From the NCBI GenBank assembly GCA_963924565.1, contig OZ004607.1, positions 7,068,001 through 7,132,000 of the forward strand: DNA of 64,000 nt. Direction: 5' to 3'. Shown in pieces: positions 1-10,556 of the stretch; position 1 is the stretch's first letter; the number at the start of each line of letters is the position of its first letter. The notes beneath the pieces are model-generated. The model ran no database searches. It was not told where the DNA came from and worked only from the letters and a program-made list of their open reading frames with translations. The position numbers and the translations under genes were made by a program. This stretch comes from Ascidiella aspersa (lineage: Eukaryota).

Positions 1-2852
1 TTTCTTAAATTTTAACACAACAGAGCAGACACATGTCTTAACTCAAATCCACTTTCATTTTTATGCAGCGCTTCAGGTATTTTCAACGAAATGGGTTTTT
101 GTAGAACACTCGTTTTACTGTCATATACGGCCTATTGTGATTTGGCGAAGCGTATATTGGCGAGAAAGTAACGCAAAATAAAACAACTTTCCGAACCGAG
201 GAATTTTCTTAAACTTTAACTCAAAAGAGTAGACACATGTCTTAACTCAAATCCACTTTCATTTTTATGCAGCGCTTCAGGTATTTTCAACGAAATGGGT
301 TTTTGTAGAACACTCGTTTTACTGCCATAGGGCTTATTGTGATTTGGCGAAGCGTATATTGGCGAGAAAGAAACGCCAAATAAAACAACTTTCCGAACCG
401 AGGAATTTTCTTAAATTTTAATACAACAGAGCAGACACATGTCTTAACTTAAATCCACTTTCATTTTTATGCAGCGCTTCAGGTATTTTCAACGAAATGG
501 GTTTTTGTAGAACACTCGTTTTACTGTCATATACGGCCTATTGTGATTTGGCGAAGCGTATATTGGCGAGACAGCAACGCCAAATAAAACAACTTTCCGA
601 ACCGAGGAATTTTCTTAAACTTTAACTCAAACGAGCAGACACATGTCTTAACTCAAATCCAATTTCATTTTTATGCAGCGCTTCAGGTATTTTCAACGAA
701 ATGGGTTTTTGTAGAACACTCGTTTTACTGTCATATACGGCCTATTGTGATTTGGCGAAGCGTATATTGGCGAGACAGCAACGCCAAATAAAACAACTTT
801 CCGAACCGAGGAATTTTCCTAAATTTTAACACAACAGAGCAGACACATGTCTTAACTCAAATCCACTTTCATTTTTATGCAGCGCTTCAGGTATTTTCAA
901 CGAAATGGGTTTTTGTAGAACACTCGTTTTACTGCCATAGGGCTTATTGTGATTTGGCGAAGCGTATATTGGCGAGAAAGAAACGCCAAATAAAACAACT
1001 TTCCGAACCGAGGAATTTTCTTAAATTTTAACACAACAGAGCAGACACATGTCTTAACTCAAATCCACTTTCATTTTTATGCAGCGCTTCAGGTATTTTC
1101 AACGAAATGGGTTTTCGTAGAACACTCGTCTAACTGCCATATACGGCGTATTGTGATTTGGCGAAGCGTACATTGGCGAGAAAGTAACGCAAAATAAAAC
1201 AACTTTCCGAACCGAGGAATTTTCCTAAATTTTAACACAACAGAGCAGACACATGTCTTAACTCAAATCCACTTTCATTTTTATGCAGCGCTTCAGGTAT
1301 TTTCAACGAAATGGGTTTTTGTAGAACACTCGTTTTACTGCCATAGGGCTTATTGTGATTTGGCGAAGCGTATATTGGCGAGAAAGAAACGCCAAATAAA
1401 ACAACTTTCCGAACCGAGGAATTTTCTTAAATTTTAACACAACAGAGCAGACACATGTCTTAACTCAAATCCACTTTCATTTTTATGCAGCGCTTCAGGT
1501 ATTTTCAACGAAATGGGTTTTTGTAGAACACTCGTTTTACTGTCATATACGGCCTATTGTGATTTGGCGAAGCGTATATTGGCGAGACAGCAACGCCAAA
1601 TAAAACAACTTTCCGAACCGAGGAATTTTCCTAAATTTTAACACAACAGAGCAGACACATGTCTTAACTCAAATCTACTTTCATTTTTATGCAGCGCTTC
1701 AGGTATTTTCAACGAAATGGGTTTTTGTAGAACACTCGTTTTACTGCCATAGGGCTTATTGTGATTTGGCGAAGCGTATATTGGCGAGAAAGAAACGCCA
1801 AATAAAACAACTTTCCGAACCGAGGAATTTTCTTAAATTTTAACACAACAGAGCAGACACATGTCTTAACTCAAATCCACTTTCATTTTTATGCAGCGCT
1901 TCAGGTATTTTCAACGAAATGGGTTTTCGTAGAACACTCGTCTAACTGCCATATACGGCGTATTGTGATTTGGCGAAGCGTACATTGGCGAGAAAGCAAC
2001 GCAAAATAAAACAACTTTCCGAACCGAGGAATTTTCCTAAATTTTAACACAACAGAGCAGACACATGTCTTAATTCAAATCCACTTTCATTTTTATGCAG
2101 CGCTTCAGGTATTTTCAACGAAATGGGTTTTTGTAGAACACTCGTTTTACTGTCATATACGGCCTATTGTGATTTGGCGAAGCGTATATTGGCGAGACAG
2201 CAACGCCAAATAAAACAACTTTCCGAACCGAGGAATTTTCTTAAACTTTAACTCAAACGAGCAGACACATGTCTTAACTCAAATCCACTTTCATTTTTAT
2301 GCAGCGCTTCAGGTATTTTCAACGAAATGGGTTTTTGTAGAACACTCGTTTTACTGTCATATACGGCCTATTGTGATTTGGCGAAGCGTATATTGGCGAG
2401 AAAGAAACGCCAAATAAAACAACTTTCCGAACCGAGGAATTTTCTTAAATTTTAATACAACAGAGCAGACACATGTCTTAACTCAAATCCACTTTCATTT
2501 TTATGCAGCGCTTCAGGTATTTTCAACGAAATGGGTTTTCGTAGAACACTCGTTTTACTGCCATACGGCTTATTGTGATTTGGCGAAGCGTATATTGGCG
2601 AGAAAGAAACGCCAAATAAAACAACTTTCCGAACCGAGGAATTTTCTTAAATTTTAATACAACAGAGCAGACACATGTCTTAACTCAAATCCACTTTCAT
2701 TTTTATGCAGCGCTTCAGGTATTTTCAACGAAATGGGTTTTTGTAGAACACTCGTTTTACTGTCATATACGGCCTATTGTGATTTGGCGAAGCGTATATT
2801 GGCGAGACAGCAACGCCAAATAAAACAACTTTCCGAACCGAGGAATTTTCTT
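1..2852 (+). repeat. Tandem satellite-like array, 204/202-bp monomer, 14 copies (continues beyond left edge)
   Basis: Monomer starts (tttc[t/c]taaa) at 1,205,407,611,815,1017,1221,1423,1627,1829,2033,2237,2441,2643,2847. Copies are near-identical. The array ends abruptly at ...gaggaattttctt (2852). Confidence 0.97.
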
Positions 2853-2853
2853 C

Positions 2854-2864
2854 CGGGGTCACCA
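2854..2864 (-). other. Primer binding site complementary to the tRNA-Trp 3' end
   Basis: TGGTGACCCCG, 1 nt after the LTR's terminal CA. It is complementary to ...CGGGGUCACCA of metazoan tRNA-Trp(CCA). Confidence 0.85.
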
Positions 2865-2865
2865 T

Positions 2866-3027
2866 TGAAGCGAGACGCTTTCTGTGTTGCTTCGAGTTCG
2901 TGTTCAGCAAAAAAGGGCAGACGATTACACATTGCAATGCAAAGGAAAAGAACGAAAGGAAAAAGGCAATATGTCCGGTTCGGTGCAGTATTACTGTGTG
3001 CGTCGGTAAACATAGAGCGCCGCTACA
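2866..3027 (-). repeat. Complete LTR (162 bp)
   Basis: TG...CA ends with a 6/7 terminal inverted repeat (TGTAGCG / CGCTTCA). It is preceded by the PPT, and its first 70 nt are identical to 4999-5068. Confidence 0.9.
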
Positions 3028-3030
3028 TAA

Positions 3031-3039
3031 CCCCCCTCC
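3031..3039 (-). other. Polypurine tract
   Basis: GGAGGGGGG then TTA, immediately before the LTR start TGTAGCG. Confidence 0.85.
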
Positions 3040-3090
3040 AGAAACGGACAAATAACTCAATAACACTGCGTAAAATAGGCGAATACAAAA

Positions 3091-4998
3091 TCACGACGAC
3101 GGAAAGCGAAAATAACTGCGAGCGCGCGTGCGTAAGAACTGTTCGTCCGAGGGTGGCCGTAACGACTCCGGTGGCTGACGAACGGACATCGGCTGCTGGG
3201 CATCTGAAGGCGGTGGCGGATCAGGTAGAGGTGATGGTTTTGTTGGCCGCCCTCTGCGTGGAGGTTGAGCCACCAGCACTGGCTCTGAAAGATCCAGATG
3301 TGCTGGCTTTAACCGGTCGATGCTCACCAGTTTGTGCCGGCCACCCATGTCGAGGGTAAACCCTTTCGCACCTTTTTTGATAACCTTGTATGGACCATCG
3401 TATGGAGGGGTTAACGGGGGACGATGACCGTCTCTGCGAATAAAAACGTAGGGGCTGGAGTTCAACGATTCCGGGATGTTCACTCGAACAAAACCGTGGC
3501 GAGACATCGGTGTTGGAGTCAGTTGACGAACTGTGGATCTTACCAATGGTAAAACATCAGCAGGCGATGGCGTTGTTTGCCTGGTTCTTACCAAATCACC
3601 CGGAACGGCGATAGGCGAGCCATACACCAGCTCTGCTGAAGATGCTTGGAGATCTTCCTTTGGGGTAGTCCGGATACCAAGCAAAACCCATGGAAGCTCG
3701 TCTATCCAATTAGGACCTGTTAGTCGTGACATGAGAGCGCTTTTCATGTGGCGATGAAAGCGTTCCACCAATCCATTGGCTTGCGGATGAAATGAACACG
3801 TACGGTGTAGCCGGATGCCTAGTAGTCCGTTGAAAATAGTCCACAACTCCGACGTGAACTGCGAACCTCGATCTGACGAGATGTCGGAGGGAACTCCGAA
3901 TCGAGCAACCCAGTGGAAGGCGAAAGCTCGTGCACACGTGATGGTTGTCGCATCCGGCATGGGAACGGCTTCTGGCCATCGAGTAAAACGATCGACCATC
4001 GTTAACAGATACTTGTTCCCTTGTGAAGGTGGTAAGGGACCGACGATGTCGATATTGACATGAGCAAACCGAGCTTTGCAAAGCGGGTAATTAACCAAAG
4101 GCGCGCGGACGTGTTGGTGAACCTTGGCCTTTTGACAGTCCATGCATTGTTTAGCCCATAAACCAACTTGACGATGCAGGCCGTGCCATACAAACTTTGA
4201 TGCGATTAGTTTGCGCGTAGCCCGAACCGAAGGATGCGAAAGTCCGTGAACTATGTCGAAAACTTTTCGTTGCCATGACTTCGGTACAATAGGGCGCGGA
4301 GATTCGGTGGATACGTCGCACAGGATCGTTGTTCCGGACTGGTCAAGTTGGATGTCTTCCAGTTTGAGACCAGAAATTGCGGTGCGATAAGCTTGTACCT
4401 CCTGTTCGAGCTGTGCACGCGCGAGTGCGGTGTAGTCCATGTCGAGTAGTAACGTACTGATGGAACCGCGGGAGAGCGCGTCGGCGACATGGTTTCGCTT
4501 GCCTTCGATGTGACGAACATCTGTTGTAAACTCGGAGATTGCGGTTAAATGGCGCTGCTGTCGTGCAGACCACGGAGCTGAAACCTTAGAGAAAGCAAAT
4601 GTAAGCGGCTTGTGGTCTGTGTAAGCTGTAAATACTCTACCCTCTAAAAAGTAACGAAAGTGGCGTATTGAGAGATGTAATGCCAGTAATTCCCTGTCAA
4701 ATGCACTGTACCTTTGCTCAGGAGTTCGCAGTCGTTTGCTGAAAAATGCCAATGGCTGCCACGCACCATCGATGAACTGTTGAAGAACTGCGCCGATTGA
4801 ATGCTGCGAGGCGTCAGTTGTCACTGCGGTGGGTGCCTCGGGTAAAGGGTGATGCAATAATGTTGCACTGGCAAGGGCGCTTTTAGCTTCCGTGAAAGCC
4901 AAACACAAACGGTCATTCCAGGTAAGTTTTGAGGGTTTTCCCGCGAGTGCGTCGTATATAGGCGACATAATACGTGCGGCTTCAGGAATAAAACGGAG
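3091..4998 (-). CDS. pol: Gypsy pol 3' portion: RT thumb/connection, RNase H, integrase (HHCC, DDE, GPY/F); 5'-truncated, frame uninterrupted
   Basis: RNase H motifs TTDAS, YSAFDRELLA, YTDHKPL, NHVADALSR. HHCC motif VHGLSH...CMDC. Integrase core NIDIVGP, SSDRGSQF, NGLVERFHR and PPYDGPYKVI. No gag, protease or RT YxDD motif is present. Confidence 0.93.
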   Translation of the reverse strand, partial: LRFIPEAARIMSPIYDALAGKPSKLTWNDRLCLAFTEAKSALASATLLHHPLPEAPTAVTTDASQHSIGAVLQQFIDGAWQPLAFFSKRLRTPEQRYSAFDRELLALHLSIRHFRYFLEGRVFTAYTDHKPLTFAFSKVSAPWSARQQRHLTAISEFTTDVRHIEGKRNHVADALSRGSISTLLLDMDYTALARAQLEQEVQAYRTAISGLKLEDIQLDQSGTTILCDVSTESPRPIVPKSWQRKVFDIVHGLSHPSVRATRKLIASKFVWHGLHRQVGLWAKQCMDCQKAKVHQHVRAPLVNYPLCKARFAHVNIDIVGPLPPSQGNKYLLTMVDRFTRWPEAVPMPDATTITCARAFAFHWVARFGVPSDISSDRGSQFTSELWTIFNGLLGIRLHRTCSFHPQANGLVERFHRHMKSALMSRLTGPNWIDELPWVLLGIRTTPKEDLQASSAELVYGSPIAVPGDLVRTRQTTPSPADVLPLVRSTVRQLTPTPMSRHGFVRVNIPESLNSSPYVFIRRDGHRPPLTPPYDGPYKVIKKGAKGFTLDMGGRHKLVSIDRLKPAHLDLSEPVLVAQPPRRGRPTKPSPLPDPPPPSDAQQPMSVRQPPESLRPPSDEQFLRTRARSYFRFPSS

Positions 4999-5068
4999 GG
5001 AAAAAGGCAATATGTCCGGTTCGGTGCAGTATTACTGTGTGCGTCGGTAAACATAGAGCGCCGCTACA
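4999..5068 (-). repeat. Partial LTR (first 70 bp) fused to pol
   Basis: Identical to 2958-3027. It joins directly to the pol codons ...LRFIPEAAR. Confidence 0.92.
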
Positions 5069-5076
5069 ATAGGCCC

Positions 5077-7540
5077 GTTTTATTTTGCGTTTCTCACCAA
5101 TATACGCTTCGCCAAATCACAATAGGCCGTATATGGCAGTAAAACGAGTGTTCTACGAAAACCCATTTCGTTGAAAATACCTGAAGCGCTGCATAAAAAT
5201 GAAAGTGGATTTGAGTTAAGACATGTGTCTGCTCTTTTGAGTTAAAGTTTAAGAAAATTCCTCGGTTCGGAAAGTTGTTTTATTTTGCGTTACTTTCTCG
5301 CCAATGTACGCTTCACCAAATCACAATAGGCCGTATATGGCAGTTAGACGAGTGTTCTACGAAAACCCATTTCGTTGAAAATACCTGAAGCGCTGCATAA
5401 AAATGAAAGTGGATTTGAGTTAAGACATGTGTCTGCTCTGTTGTGTTAAAATTTAAGAAAATTCCTCGGTTCGGAAAGTTGTTTTATTTTGCGTTACTTT
5501 CTCGCCAATGTACGCTTCGCCAAATCACAATACGCCGTATATGGCAGTTAGACGAGTGTTCTACGAAAACCCATTTCGTTGAAAATACCTGAAGCGCTGC
5601 ATAAAAATGAAAGTGGATTTGAGTTAAGACATGTGTCTGCTCTTTTGAGTTAAAGTTTAAGAAAATTCCTCGGTTTGGAAACTTGTTTTATTTGGCGTTG
5701 CTGTCTCGCCAATATACGCTTCACCAAATCACAATGCAGTTAGACGAGTGTTCTACGAAAACCAATTTCGTTGAAAATACCTGAAGCGCTGCATAAAAAT
5801 GAAAGTGGATTTGAGTTAAGACATGTGTCTGCTCTGTTGTGTTAAAATTTAAGAAAATTCCTCGGTTCGGAAAGTTGTTTTATTTTGCATTACTTTCTCG
5901 CCAATGTACGCTTCGCCAAATCACAATAAGCCGTATATGGTAGTAAAACGAGTGTTCTGCGAAAACCCATTTCGTTGAAAATACCTGAAGCGCTGCATAA
6001 AAATGAAAGTGGATTTGAGTTAAGACTTGTGTCTGCTCTTTTGAGTTAAAGTTTAAGAAAATTCCTCGGTTCGGAAAGTTGTTTTATTTGGCGTTTCTTT
6101 CTCACCAATATACGCTTCGCCAAATCACAATAAGCCGTATATGGCAGTAAAACGAGTGTTCTACGAAAACCCATTTCGTTGAAAATACCTGAAGCGCTGC
6201 ATAAAAATGAAAGTGGATTTGAGTTAAGACATGTGTCTGCTCTTTTGAGTTAAAGTTTAAGAAAATTCCTCGGTTCGGAAAGTTGTTTTATTTTGCATTA
6301 CTTTCTCGCCAATGTACGCTTCGCCAAATCACAATAAGCCGTATATGGCAGTAAAACGAGTGTTCTGCGAAAACCCATTTCGTTGAAAATACCTGAAGCG
6401 CTGCATAAAAATGAAAGTGGATTTGAGTTAAGACATGTGTCTGCTCTTTTGAGTTAAAGTTTAAGAAAATTCCTCGGTTCGGAAAGTTGTTTTATTTTGC
6501 GTTACTTTCTCGCCAATGTACGCTTCACCAAATCACAATAGGCCGTATATGGCAGTTAGACGAGTGTTCTACGAAAACCCATTTCGTTGAAAATACCTGA
6601 AGCGCTGCATAAAAATGAAAGTGGATTTGAGTTAAGACATGTGTCTGCTCTTTTGAGTTAAAGTTTAAGAAAATTCCTCGGTTCGGAAAGTTGTTTTATT
6701 TTGCGTTACTTTCTCGCCAATGTACGCTTCACCAAATCACAATAGGCCGTATATGGCAGTTAGACGAGTGTTCTACGAAATCCCATTTCGTTGAAAATAC
6801 CTGAAGCGCTGCATAAAAATGAAAGTGGATTTGAGTTAAGACATGTGTCTGCTCTTTTGAGTTAAAGTTTAAGAAAATTCCTCGGTTCGGAAAGTTGTTT
6901 TATTTTGCGTTACTTTCTCGCCAATGTACGCTTCACCAAATCACAATAGGCCGTATATGGCAGTTAGACGAGTGTTCTACGAAAACCCATTTCGTTGAAA
7001 ATACCTGAAGCGCTGCATAAAAATGAAAGTGGATTTGAGTTAAGACATGTGTCTGCTCTGTTGTGTTAAAATTTAAGAAAATTCCTCGGTTCGGAAAGTT
7101 GTTTTATTTTGCGTTACTTTCTCGCCAATATACGCTTCACCAAATCACAATAGGCCGTATATGGCAGTTAGACGAGTGTTCTACAAAAACCCATTTCGTT
7201 GAAAATACCTGAAGCGCTGCATAAAAATGAAAGTGGATTTGAGTTAAGACATGTGTCTGCTCTTTTGAGTTAAAGTTTGAGAAAATTCCTCGGTTCGGAA
7301 AGTTGTTTTATTTGGCGTTTCTTTCTCACCAATATACGCTGCGCCAAATCACAATAAGCCGTATATGGCAGTAAAACGAGTGTTCTACGAAAACCCATTT
7401 CGTTGAAAATACCTGAAGCGCTGCATACAAATGAAAGTGGATTTGAGTTAAGACATGTGTCTGCTTTGTTGTGTTGAAATTGAAGAAAATTCCTCGGTTC
7501 GGAAAGTTGTTTATTTTGTCTTTCTTTGGCGCTAATGTGC
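5077..7540 (-). repeat. Same 204-bp satellite in reverse orientation, about 12 copies
   Basis: Reverse-complement monomers recur at 5251,5455,5659,5851 (12-bp deletion),6055,6259,6463,6667,6871,7075,7279,7483. The last unit degenerates at about 7520-7545. Confidence 0.96.
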
Positions 7541-10500
7541 GATATGCGAAAGAAAATTGTGGTAAACGTGTTTTTAAAAATAAAAAAAAAAATAAAAAAA
7601 ATTATTTCGCCGAAATGACAATGGTGTATCGTGGTAGTGTTTTAATTCAGATATTTTACCTGATAATATCTTTAAAATATATCAAATTAAATATTCCCAA
7701 ATTGTCCTCAAATAAAATGTATTTAGTCACGCACAAATAAGCCCAGGCCTGCAAACAAAATAAATGCAATTTGAATAATCCAGAACTAGACAAACCAAGG
7801 TGGTATTTGGACAAACTATGGATCGGACAAAATGTTAAATACCTTAGAAGGGATTTAAGGTGCACACATAGGTCTACTATAATATACCAGATAATTTTAA
7901 ATATAATAAAATGCCTCGTAATGACTTTCATATGTCAATGTTAAAACTATAACAAACCACTCGAGTGCGCATTACTTTGTCAGTAGTGCAAAATTCAAAA
8001 TAAAAAACAGGATTAGAAGGAAAATAATTTTCTTTCCAGGACGATAATAATTTTCAGAGAAAACGTCACAAAGTTACGACAAAACCGGACATCCAAAACG
8101 AGTGACCTTCTATCGTAAAAATATAAGGTTATCATTCGTTATATCTCATGCACAAACGTGCAACTATAATTAAATACATTCTTAAATAGGCCTACAGGTT
8201 AAATACACTGAGAGAAATGTCGAATGATGGCCTGGTGATAAAAGGACATGGCCTGGTATAAAATATATTTATTTACCAACGGCGTACCTGCATAAATTCT
8301 CGGAACGCCGTTCCGGGAGCAATTCTTTTGCGTTTCCTGTTTTGGTAGGCCAATGCCGCCAATCCCCTTGTTAAAAAATAATCCCAAAAGCTAGTTCTAC
8401 ATCGAGCGCGGTTCAACTTTGTTGTAAACAACAAAGTTGCCTCAGGATGACTATATTTGTTTTATTGTCTACTACTCAATAAGTCGTGCTTAAGCAACAA
8501 AAGACAATGACAAAATACTGGACTGTTAACAATCTCAAATTCTAAATCAAAACTCTTTAACGACATTGAAGACTGGCCTATGTAATTTCGTATGAATAAT
8601 AATTAGTTATTATCAATTTCGTTAGGCCTAATTAGCTTACATGCCAGGTAACTTCAAAAGTAATTGTTGAGTCTGCCTTTACGTCTTTAAAACAGTGGTT
8701 TAATATGTTGTTGAATTGTATTTTACTTAGTTTGTATTTTTGTTGTTTGGTCTAAAATCTAAATCGTCTTAACTTTTTCTAGATTTACGGAGTAAAATAA
8801 AGGGTTAAACATAGTCAAAATGCGTATAGCACTGGTTTAAAGCCCCACTGTTTTGGTAATCCATTTTCTACAGTTAAACAAGAGGGTTATGTCCAAAGCT
8901 AAGGTCAGGGCTCGCGAACGCTTTTATTGATTTTTGTTCAAGCACAGCAGCGACACCTGGCGAATACTAGTTGCAAACGTAGACGCATCTGTAGGTTTTA
9001 GAATAGAAGCTTTTTTTTTTAATCAAATGACACTAAAATATGCAACGCCTCAATGGTGAAAATCGTGAAAAAGGTCTTAGCTGCAATCAGTATAATGTAT
9101 TGCTGGAAAAAGTGTCAACATGTGTTTTAAATATAAGGCACACTAAAGCAACTTATAGAGTAGATATCAGGCAGGATACAACAAATTGAGCTAAACCACG
9201 TAATAAAAATATTTAACGAGCAGCAACCTAAATATCAGTTATAACTTGTAATTAAAAACATGCGGACGGGGTGACAAAATAGAGTCGCTTTTGAACAGTA
9301 ATATACTAATATACACTCGATAAGGAATCAAAAATATAAAATACATATGTCAAAGCTTTACGAGCAGCCGCCGAACTATAAGTTGTACATTATTTTTCAA
9401 AACAAGTCTACGAGTTGACAAAATACACTCGCTTTTGAATAGCAACAGACATCAGCCCAGGGTATGGTCAAAAGCACAAAAATACTGCGCAAGAAAGAAG
9501 TGTGATACAAATTGGCCTTTTGGATACTCTTTGCAGGGTTAAAGTTTGATAAGGTTTTCCATAATAGAGCTATTGTTTTGCATTTCATTGAAGTATATAA
9601 GCACTGCGATTTCCGGGGTAGCGGGTTATGACCTAGAGTTTTTTATTCTTCAGCACAGTTATCGACTTTAGTTCACAGCATTTTCGTTACATCGATAGAA
9701 TAGGGGCACACAGGGCTGGTCATACACTTTCACTCTTGATAGTGTTTTTTTGCTTACAGTTGTACATGGTATTAAACATAAATGTAAAAATACGTGTTCA
9801 AAGAGTCCATGTGTCATCGGTTGAATTTAAGCTTTTCATCATAGTTTTATAGCATTTTTAATAGTTTTATAGCGTGAATGAAATACAGTTTTAGCGCAAA
9901 TCGCACAAGACGCAAAAAAAATATAGATTATTATGCCTGGGTGTGCGCAAGCAGGCTTGAGTCCATTAAAGCGGCGGTAATTATGTTCCAACAACTTGTA
10001 CCAGCGCGGTCGTAGCGCTGTGAACCGACTATAGCAGTCTACCGACATATTTCGCCGTATTGTGTAGCCTTTGGCTCGGGCTCGGGTACAGCTGATATTA
10101 AGCAAGAGTAAACGGATATATAGAAGCTTAATTATTTAGGCCGATTTTATTAAGATTGCAGTGCACAGGTTCGTTCAAGCTTGCGTCCAAGGTTTGTTTT
10201 AACTGTTCTACAGTTAAAATAGCGAAAAATTGGACAATCTATTTAGCAGGACCGCTAAATCATAATAATTCATCGATGTTTATTGCATAAAAACATCATT
10301 TGAGAAGCCTATTTTAATAAAAATCACAAATATTGCAGAAAGGGTTGTTATATACGATGAAGAGCACTTGTAGAACTTGTTTGACTTTTATGAGTATGTT
10401 AGTTTTCCGGAGCATTTGAAATGTTTTTGCAAAAATGTGAAAGCCTTAGTTTTTCGTAACAAGATGTAAAAAATCGCTTGTTTTGCGTTCGCTAACCACA

Positions 10501-10556
10501 CTAATTTTTAAACAAGGCTGATGTAGTATATTTTTTAAAACCCGCAAAGCATTTAA

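Larger units (their letters stand above)
2853..5068 (-). mobile_element. Rearranged Ty3/Gypsy LTR retrotransposon fragment (CsRn1/Kabuki-like, tRNA-Trp primed)
   Basis: On the minus strand: partial LTR 5068-4999, pol 3' half, PPT GGAGGGGGG, 162-bp LTR TGTAGCG...CGCTTCA, PBS TGGTGACCCCG. RNase H precedes integrase, which is Gypsy order. Short LTRs with a tRNA-Trp PBS are typical of the CsRn1 lineage. Confidence 0.93.

Noticed and set aside
2733-3359. 208-aa + strand ORF and other short ORFs over 2725-5054
   Set aside because: These are chance frames across satellite, LTR and antisense pol, with no recognisable domain.
5165-5183. CENP-B box-like word TTTCGTTGAAAATACC in each monomer
   Set aside because: It matches only the TTCG....A half and lacks the essential CGGG, so no centromeric function can be claimed.
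1-7540. CRISPR array
   Set aside because: Whole monomers repeat without unique spacers, the context is eukaryotic, and there are no cas genes.
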